Assembly: GCA_002269645.1 (NCBI GenBank)
Contig: NIVC01001748.1
Span: 1-64,000 of the forward strand
Origin: Macrostomum lignano
Lineage: Eukaryota
DNA length: 64,000 nucleotides
Direction: 5' to 3'
The notes below the pieces were generated by a model that did not search any database, was not told where the DNA came from, and saw only the letters and a program-made list of their open reading frames with translations. Position numbers and translations under genes: made by a program. Positions 1 to 8,234 of this stretch are shown here, piece by piece; positions within the stretch are counted from its first letter, which is position 1, and each line of letters opens with the position of its first letter.

Positions 1-147
1 TCCTGGCTTATCGGTGGTGTCAAAGTTCATGATGCCGCATTCTTTTCTTAGAGGAAAATCAGGCAGAGTGTCCCTCATAAATATTCCTCTAAAGTTTGGG
101 ATTTCCAGTTCGTTAGCCAAATCTTCAAGAAAGTTATTTGTTGTCAT
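1..147 (-). CDS. Adenain-like (Polinton PRO) cysteine protease, N-terminal 49 aa; runs off the window
   Basis: Not in the ORF track. Manual translation from ATG 147: MTTNNFLEDLANELEIPNFRGIFMRDTLPDFPLRKECGIMNFDTTDKPG. This matches the FRG(V/I)FMRD.LP...ECGI.N.D...G(THW) motif of Polinton proteases. The ATG overlaps the end of the PolB reading frame. Confidence 0.8.
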   Translation of the reverse strand, partial: MTTNNFLEDLANELEIPNFRGIFMRDTLPDFPLRKECGIMNFDTTDKPG

Positions 148-3100
148 TTTTTATGAGGTTTATTAAACTTTCTCTCAACCTAAACCCAATATCCACCTCT
201 AAACCTAACCTCCAATGCCCGAACGGTAGACTGTTGATATTGTCATCAAAAATGAATCTCTTGTTATCTGCACCTGACAGTCCAATCTTCTTTTGCTGAA
301 TTGTGTGAATAATATGGTTTTTAGATTGTAGCTTTGAGAACTCATGTGATGTCTTTTTGTTGCAATTCAAGGCGTCTCTGTATTCAGCTTCATTAATTTC
401 CTTCCTAACCACACGTTTCGGAATTCCCTTTGATTTTTTATTGGGTCTGACGACTCACATTTTATAAAATAGGACTTTGCTCTCAACCCAATGAATTCAG
501 TGATTATGTCACCAGCAATCTCGTCCTTCATTTTCCCAATCACTTTCTTGTTAGTGGCGTCAAACACTTGATCGCCATTCTGTGTCCTGAAAGATTCATC
601 ATACTCAGACAAGTCAAACAAATCTTTTTGCTGCAGCATGTCCTGATAAATGTCTTCTGTTTGAATGTCCATAATAAAACTGTCTGTGTCAGTGTACAAG
701 AGTTTCATTTTATCCTTGTACTGCTGCTTCATGCCATAGAAGAACTGGTACATCAGACGTTTTGATTCGTCGAGAACAGTGACACCTGTATAGATCGGCT
801 TGCGCAGCGTCACCTTGGTTTTGTAAAATATGATCACACCTAAGTAGCTATTAAAGATATGGAGTTCTTTGAATGTTGGCTTTGACAATTTGCCTGAATA
901 ACATCAGGCTCTGATGAGGTAACAAGTTTCAGGTTTGTTCTTTTCCGCTCATTCTCAAGAGTCTTGCCATAGACAGAGTTGTTGGCCAACTTAAAGAGGT
1001 TCTTGTCAAAGTCGTTGGTTGCTTTGGTCCTAAACTGGGTGTTCTTATCAATGTAGGGTTTCATCCACGCTTCCTCTGTAAATGTAAGAGCCCGGTGAAC
1101 TTGGTGACCCTGCAACCAAGTGAGATAAAATACTGAAGCAGTTTGTAATGGATTTTGTAACGTGTCTTGTTGTTTAGATTCTGTGTTAGTTTCTCTGTAT
1201 GTTCTTTTTCTGTTCCTGACAGCGCCAAGTTCCATTATCATTGGGAGTTTCGATTATTTTCGGGCACTTGATGTTCTCGGGAAGGGTGGAAAGTCAGAGA
1301 AATAGTCGTGAAGCTCTGGTGGAATGTAAACATCAACCTCATAAATGGCAGCCAATGAAAAGTCCCGTTTGAATTCTGATGAGGGTAACCATCGAAAATC
1401 TCTAACTGGAAGATCTTGACTCATCGCCCACCCGTAGAGATTATTAGCGTCCAAGTAAGTAATGTAGTTTGAGGGCTGCTCCTTATTGTAAGATTCAATG
1501 TAGGGATTGTTTGCTTTTGCATATCTATGGTGCAAATTGAGATTCCCCCTCGCTTTGACGATTCGACAAAATTGTACATGTCAATGTCTGTAAGAAGTTC
1601 AATGTACCAATCTGGATCTTGATCCCATTTCATTTTAAGCAAAGATTCCCAGCTAGTGGCAGGCAGAGACACATAATGTGCTGGATCGAGGCCATATGCT
1701 GTGTACCAGGTGATCTGAAGGTTTCAAACACATCGGCCAGCAGAAACACATCTGTGTAGAGGTAAAGCAGGTGATACTGGAAGAAGTTTTGACAATTAAA
1801 GTAATTATAGACATGCTTCGCGTGCTCATAGTCTTTGTCAGAGATTCCAGAGTCTGTTAGCTTTGAAAAGAACTTCTCCTGTGGTGGTAAACCTTCTTCA
1901 AATACGTGATACCCAGTAATATTTTCATAGGGGTAGAAGCCTTTGGTTCTCAGGAGTTTAAATGATTCATCAGTGTTGTTAATTTTACTTGCAAACATCT
2001 TTGTATATGTACATTGTTCATCTTTTAGATTCTTGCTTAGTTCGTCTAGACTGGCAGCTAGAAATTGATATGAATCCTTCAGTCTTATTTTACCTTACCC
2101 GAATTATCCTGTTTAATATCAACACACTTAAACTTCTCCTTGTTCTCTGCGATGCAATCAAGGTGTATGTCTGGAATCATGCCGATTTTTTCAACTATTA
2201 AATGCATGTCATAGTTCTTTGCGTTGTGACAAAATATCGTTAGATCATGAATGTTCGATTTTAGCTTTAGATTACAGGTGTTATGCGCTGCACCTCTAAA
2301 TTTCCCAGTAAGTGGCAGTGGTCCCTAACGGTGGGGTTTTTAATATTAGTGCAAGTTAAATGTTTCCTGCAGATGTGGCAATGAGTTGCTGATAGGAAAT
2401 TGCTTTCATCCTCCTCAGTCATCATTATTGGAACAGGTTGAAGGGTGCTAATCACTTTTTGCAACTCTAACATTCTGGCAATAAACTGCTCCACACACTG
2501 CTCTCCAAAGAAATAATTATACTCAACAAGTCCTTTTGTATTAATAAAGGCATATGCTACTGAATTGGGGACATGTTTTTGAGTTTGAGTTTGAGTTTGT
2601 TTTTGAGTTTGAGTTTGTTTTTGTGTTTCCGGCATGATTGAGCATTCGAAATCAGCATATACAACAAATGGGAGCTTCTCCATCTTGTGATAGTTCTTAA
2701 ACCGGAGATACTTCTCTTCAGCTGAAGGAAGAGAGCAGTTTGTCGGGTGATCCTCGCATGATAATTCATGCTCTGTTAGCTTTTCAAAGCGCTTCAGGTC
2801 CACTGTAATGCTTAAGGCACAAGCGGCAGATGGCAACAGCCTCGTGATGATTATTCAACTGCTTGTGAATGAGTCTTGAAAGATCTTTAATCCAAACATA
2901 GTGAGCCTCCTCTAGTAAATTACCAATCACTAGAAGATCCACTTCAGTCCGCCTTTTCCCCTCGGATCTAAAACGTCTTTGCTACATCTGACCGGTTGAA
3001 CTTTCTCAGTTTTTCACTCCACTCAAAGACTGTGATTCTAATTTTGTTATTAAACACTTCTTCTAGCTTTGGGATCTGAGAGATCGCCAAGCCTCCTTTG

Positions 3101-4034
3101 TCAAACCTGATTCCCTTCTTTTCGCATTCGATGAGATAGTAGTTGAAATAATTTTGATAATTTGAGGTTCTTTCGGGGTGGTGAGGTACACAAAAAGTGC
3201 AGAAAGAACTGCCCATAGAGCACAGCAATTGTCTTTATTTTTAACATTTATGCAAGCTTTTTTACCGGCTAGCTTATGCGGGAGCTCTATATAAGAGGAG
3301 GCTTTAAGTGGGTCATATTTCATGACCATGACAGTCGCTCTTTGAATCCCTCCCACGACCCATCCGGAACCTCTGGATGTAAACGCTTCAATTTTCTTAT
3401 TGACATCTTGAAGGAAAGGATCCAGTGTGTCTGTTGGGGTGAATGGCTTTGCCTTTGTTGTCATGTAATACTCGAGATGCTCAGTGGGTTTTGCAGGCAT
3501 ATAAAACGCAATCTTGAATGATATCTGTAGTTTAAAGGTCTTGCGTGTTTTGAGTGTGTGATCAACAACTGATTGGATGCTGTCTTTATAGTCGTAAATG
3601 TTTGCGGTGGTACCGTTGGTGCCGTTTATTGGGATTGTGTACTCTATGTAATGTTCTGTAAACTTCGTCTGTGCAAAATTAATCTCTTCAGTGGCAAGCT
3701 CCGACTCTTTTAAATGGATTAATTGCTCTAATTTCTCTTGTTCCTGCTTATTTTGTGGGTACTTTGCTTTTTCACCAGTGAGAGTTTCATATTTGTTAAC
3801 TAAGTTGCGACTCCTCTCTTGGTGTTCCTTTGCAGAATTTTTTATAGGCGCATACTGGTTTGATTCTAATTGATTGATGATTTCCAACTGTTTTTCATAG
3901 CTTCCCAGGTGACCAGGGTCGGTGTTGAACTTTTGTTTGCATGCTTCTCTTAGTGAATTACTTTTGTCTTGAAATGAGACGCCTTTTGAAAAATATTTGT
4001 TGACTAAATCTCTTGCTGGATTGGCTTTTGGCAT
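134..4034 (-). pseudogene. Protein-primed family B DNA polymerase (pPolB) with endonuclease VII-like insert; multiple frameshifts
   Basis: Consecutive ORF fragments carry SSYIELP..L..KKACINVKNKDN, LPFVVYADFEC, CHIC...VRDHCH (EndoVII-like), YLDANNLYGWAM (motif A), KLANNSVYGK (motif B), LLYTDTDS (motif C), KKVIGKMKDE and the C-terminal KRFI....SLPFGH. At least 8 frame changes. Likely ATG at 4034 (MPKANPARDL). Confidence 0.92.
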
Positions 4035-4156
4035 TTTTCTCGAAAATATAAAAAAAATTTTGAGGGTGACCACCCTGATAGAAAAGTTGAACTGTTTCTA
4101 CATCCTATCAGTAGCTTTAGGTTTATGAAGCTGGATAAAGTGGGTTTTAAACCTCA

Positions 4157-4603
4157 TCACATCCGCATTATTGTAAACCCAGCATTGTGCAGTGTCATGA
4201 TGGCTTTGACAATGTCAGACTTGCTTACAGAATTTTCATGCTCACAATCATCACGATCGGGGCAACCATCTCCTGCCTTAATTGTTATACCTTTGTCTCT
4301 TGCAATCTTTTGCAATTCTAGCTGGTGGGCTCTATCATTCCCAGCTTTAACAGCAGTTGCTACACCTCCAGCTACACCACCTGCGGCACTTACAGCGCCT
4401 GCAATGATCGGAATAAGAGCTGCTAATGGTAGGATTCCTCCTGACTTTTCATCTGTGATGCTGTGTCTTTGCTCATTACACTGAACTATTTGCTGCACGG
4501 GATCGATTTTTACTTTGGCACCTTTAATTGATATAAGACCTGGTTTCTTTGATTCAATGATTTTATTGAGTTTATTGATGGTTCTGGTTTCAATCTTTGT
4601 CAT
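4157..4603 (-). CDS. 148-aa virion core/membrane-type protein with an adenovirus pX-like GG-ILPL hydrophobic segment
   Basis: Intact ORF with AAAAATGACA start context. It contains KSGGILPLAALIPIIAGAVSAAGGVAGGVATAV, which resembles adenovirus pX ...RGGILPLLIPLIAAAIGAVPGIASVAL. Confidence 0.65.
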   Translation of the reverse strand: MTKIETRTINKLNKIIESKKPGLISIKGAKVKIDPVQQIVQCNEQRHSITDEKSGGILPLAALIPIIAGAVSAAGGVAGGVATAVKAGNDRAHQLELQKIARDKGITIKAGDGCPDRDDCEHENSVSKSDIVKAIMTLHNAGFTIMRM

Positions 4604-4618
4604 TTTTATTTTAATATT

Positions 4619-5655
4619 TTAATTAATTTCTGTGTCAGCCGGTATCACTAGGAGTTCAGCTCTAGTGAATGACCGCGTGGTGGATTTAGGGTTAAAGGCC
4701 TGAGATAAAAAGTAATAGTCACCGGAGTCGGAGGTAAAATGTCTGTCTATTTTATGTACATCAAGGCTGAAGTATGGATCTGTAGCTCTTCTTTTAGTGT
4801 CCTTCTCTAGCTCTCCAGGTAGATATAAAAAGCGTAGAAACTCAGAGTTTGTCAGTATGTATGGTGATTCAACTCCTGGAAGCTTAGGGTAGTTCGAGGT
4901 GTGTTTTGTGTTGTGCGTGTTGTGTGGGGTTGTCGTGTTGTTGTCTGTTCTATGAGATGCCTTAAGTTCGACAGTGTCTTGTTTAATTGCATGGGATGGT
5001 TTCAATCCAGTCATGCGTGTGACTTCATTGTTCAGTTGCTCTATAACAGTGGGGAGTCTTTCTGTCCACTTGGTATAGTACTGCCCCGCACTCAGTTTGA
5101 GTTCTTGCGCTGTCTGCTTAGTGAATAGTCTCTTGGCTAGAGTTAGATTGAATCTTTCCACAAAAGCCTGGTCTCTGTGCAAGTTTGTTCTGCCATAGCG
5201 AATCTCTGTGTTTTTCTTTTCCATAAGGGATTTCACTACACCCATGAATTCCTTACCCGGGTCGGTCATAAAGATTTGGGGTATGTGAGCGGAGAGTTTT
5301 TATAAATATCTTGCAGTGCGCTGGCAACAACCTCTGACTTCTTCGTCTTGAGTGGGCGAGCTTCCTTATATCTGGAAGCAATGTCAATAATTGTAAGAGC
5401 ATACTTGTAGCCTGAGTCATTGGGGAGAAACAAAAGATCTGCTTGGTGCGCTTCATTAGGTTTATAAATACTGAAATGGGGCCTTTCAAATTTTACTGGT
5501 GGGAAATAGACTTGAAAGACAGCCTGCTTAGAGAGCCATTTTTTTACTGTAGCTTTTGGTTCCTTACTCAGCTCCATGAGTTTACTAACGGCATTTTTGC
5601 CTACAAAGAAACCTTTGTCGCTGTAGTAGAGCTTTTGAAGTTTCTGATCTGTCAT
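4619..5655 (-). pseudogene. Retroviral-type (rve) DDE integrase of Polinton type, split by one frameshift near 5268
   Basis: ORFs 5266-5655 and 4619-5269 join at PKSL/MTDPGKEF (1-nt frameshift). Catalytic residues lie in HQADL, TDPGKEF and AFVERFN. YKYALTIIDIASRY is typical of this family. Confidence 0.9.
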
Positions 5656-5685
5656 TTATTTAAAAAGAAAATTTTAAATAAAATA

Positions 5686-6135
5686 ATGCAGCGCTCTGGT
5701 GGTAAAATAGATTCACATGGACTGATAGAAAAGCTTCCTCATCCAAACAAAGGCTGGACACTTCCCGGCTATAAATATTGCGGGCCTTTGAATCCACTTG
5801 AAATACAGCTGGATGGAAACAACAACCCAAATCCTGGGCATGAGCCTGTGAACGAGCTAGACTCTGTCTGCATGTGGCACGATGTTAAATATAGAGATTT
5901 TCCTGAGGAGAAGAATCGCTGGGACAAAGAAATGCTTAAGAGACTAGACAATATAGGGGCTTCAAGCGGATTTCGTGAGTCGATCGCTCGGAAGCTAGTT
6001 AAAGCTGTTATTTTTAGTAAGACAAAACTGGGGTTGGGGGTTCAAGGCGAAGGTGGGGTGGGTTTTGCATTGCACGCGCCAAGTCAAGAACTAGGAAGAC
6101 TGTTGAAAGAGCTGGGGGTTGAGAGAGCAGAATGA
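5686..6135 (+). CDS. Parvovirus VP1-type phospholipase A2 domain protein (149 aa)
   Basis: ATG at 5686 lies inside track ORF 5443-6135. Motifs TLPGYKYCGPLN (Ca-binding loop, YxGPxN) and EPVNELDSVCMWHDVKY (HDxxY catalytic dyad). Confidence 0.88.
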   Translation: MQRSGGKIDSHGLIEKLPHPNKGWTLPGYKYCGPLNPLEIQLDGNNNPNPGHEPVNELDSVCMWHDVKYRDFPEEKNRWDKEMLKRLDNIGASSGFRESIARKLVKAVIFSKTKLGLGVQGEGGVGFALHAPSQELGRLLKELGVERAE

Positions 6136-6144
6136 TTCTCTCTC

Positions 6145-6272
6145 CACTTGTGTGGAGCGAAAAGAAGCGAAGGCCAAAAGGCCAGAACGCAAAGGATTTT
6201 GGCCTCGAGTAAGGCCAAATTTTATCGCAAACTGGCCTTTTGGCCTTCGCTTCGCTTTTCTCCACACAAGTG
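6145..6272. other. ~128-nt imperfect inverted repeat (long hairpin/cruciform)
   Basis: 6145-6157 pairs with 6260-6272 (13 bp). 6164-6185 GAAGCGAAGGCCAAAAGGCCAG pairs perfectly with 6232-6253 (22 bp). There is an inner TTTGGCCT/AGGCCAAA stem around CGAGTA. Confidence 0.9.
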
Positions 6273-6539
6273 TACAGTCTTGAGCACACTGGTTTCGGCT
6301 ACAATCTCTCTTTCCACCATGCTTCTCCTTCATGCTCCTCACCTCCTCACCCTATGCTTTGTCTATAGAGAAGTCTCACCCCTCACATTCACACGCCTCA
6401 TGCTCTATCGTACACTGAGCTATATCGATTGTTTTCCCTGCTTGACTCCAAGATTGTACAGTCTGGAATTTTCTAGAATTTTCTACGGCTAGCTATATTT
6501 AAGCAAACACAGAAACACTCGGGCTGCTTCTCCCCACAT

Positions 6540-7107
6540 ATGCCCTCAACTGCTACTGATAAACGGCGACTGCAAAATCTTAAGTCAAAACTACGGACTG
6601 CACAAAATGTGACAACCGCGTTGCACGCTGATAGCGACCTCAAAACCTGTCCGCTAGAGACTATATATATAGTGTGGAATGAAAGTTCACTTCAGAGAAA
6701 TACGGAATTTTTTAAATCAGTGCAGGTAAGACTCGAAATTTGTGTTTTCTGTGTATTTCTGGGTACTTTTTTATCATTAATCATGGCATTGTTTCATTTA
6801 TTACTATTTGAAGGTGGTTAAAGACCTAAAGGAAAAGATTCAAATTAAAGAGAAGGAGTTGGAGAGCCGCGAGAGGGAAAACATCCCGCGTGGATGCGAA
6901 TGCCCAGTGTGCTACAACTGGCTTTCGCCTTCTAGGAAGCTGGACTGCCCGCATTCGTTCTGCTTGAGATGTGTCCAAACTTTGTACAATGCGGCAGAAA
7001 ATAGTATAACATGTCCAGAGTGTCGTGCGATAACATCCAAGACGATCGATCAATTGCAAACAAATGTGGCAATGGAGAGAGCGATTGAAAGTCATCGAAT
7101 AAATTAG
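6540..7107 (+). CDS. Spliced coiled-coil + C3HC4 RING finger protein (159 aa), putative viral E3 ligase; exons 6540-6725 and 6814-7107
   Basis: Track ORFs 6540-6821 and 6808-7107 join in phase 0 through an 88-nt intron, CAG|GTAAGA...TTTGAAG|GTG. RING motif CPVC...CPHSFCLRC...CPEC, preceded by a charged heptad segment. Confidence 0.78.
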
Positions 7108-7220
7108 TTTCGATTTAAGATTCTGCAGTCGTCGTTTGTTAGTAAACATAAAACACCTTTACGAAAATAAAATATAATCTTAAATCTTAAATAAAATATA
7201 ATGAGTCTTTGTTTCTTTTC

Positions 7221-7494
7221 TTTCTGTCAGGGATAATGCTCTGATTCTGTCAGGGATAATATGGATGGATTTAATGGAATTATGGAGGACGTTTTGTGAG
7301 CGAGTGCGACCCCCTTTTTTTCTGATTCTGTCAGGGATAATATGGATGGATTTAATGGGATTATGGAGGAGGTTTTTGGAGCAGGTGCGACCCCCCTTTT
7401 TTTCTGATTCTGTCAGGGATAATATGGATGGATTTAATGGGATTATGGAGGAGGTGAAAAATTTTGTCCCAGAAGCCCCCTCATGCCTTCTACT
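7221..7494. repeat. Putative terminal inverted repeat arm of the Polinton with ~82-bp subterminal tandem repeats (~2.6 copies)
   Basis: TCTGATTCTGTCAGGGATAATATGGATGGATTTAATGG... recurs at about 7241, 7321 and 7403. The sequence ends in CTACT. The partner TIR is outside the window. Confidence 0.6.
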
Positions 7495-8135
7495 TACCTG
7501 GTTGGAGGTTAATTATCTGCCAACCCATAATTGCGATGCGTGTTTTACCTGGTTGGAGGTTAATTATCTGCCAACCCATAATTGTGATACGTGTTTTACC
7601 TGGCTGCAGGTTAATTATCTGCCAACCCATAATTGCGATGCGTGTTTTACCTGGTTGGAGGTTAATTATCTGCCAACCCATAATTGTGATACGTGTTTTA
7701 CCTGGCTGTAGGTTAATTATCTGCCAACCCATAATTGTGATACGTGTTTTACCTGGCTGCAGGTTAATTATCTGCCAACCCATAATTGTGATGCGTGTTT
7801 TACCTGGCTGCAGGTTAATTATCTGCCAACCCATAATTGTGATACGTGTTTAACCTGGCTGCAGGTTAATTATCTGCCAACCCATAATTGTGATGCGTGT
7901 TTTACCTGGCTGTAGGTTAATTATCTTCCAACCCATAATTGTGATGAGTGCTTTACCTGGCTGTAGGTTAATTATCTGCCAACCCATAATTAGGATGCGT
8001 GTTTTACCTGGTTGTAAGTTAAAATTATCTGCCGACCCATAATTGTGATGCGTGTTTTACCTGGTTGTAAGTTAATTATCTGCCAAGCCATAATTATGAT
8101 GCGTGTTTCACCTGATTGCAGGTTAACTATCTGCC
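7495..8135. repeat. 51-bp minisatellite (~12 copies), intronic
   Basis: Unit GTGTTTTACCTGG(T/C)TG(G/C)AGGTTAATTATCTGCCAACCCATAATTG(C/T)GAT(G/A)C. The first unit is truncated at 7495. Confidence 0.95.
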
Positions 8136-8234
8136 AACTGTTCATGTGCCTATATTCTTTTTTATGTTTTTACCTTTTTGGCTCTAACATTATCAGCTAA
8201 TTGGCACGGATAATTAATTATAACGCAGACTCAC

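Larger units (their letters stand above)
1..7494. mobile_element. Polinton/Maverick (adintovirus-like) endogenous viral element, right-hand portion; continues left of the window
   Basis: Tightly packed cluster of pPolB, rve integrase, adenain-like protease, PLA2, pX-like and RING genes with A-rich start contexts. Subterminal ~82-bp repeats are present. The end ...CCTTCTACT (7494) reads AGTAGAAGG on the minus strand and abuts a truncated host minisatellite unit. Confidence 0.9.

Noticed and set aside
5443-5685. N-terminal extension of the PLA2 ORF given in the track
   Set aside because: It overlaps the integrase on the opposite strand; ATG 5686 with an A-rich context is the better start.
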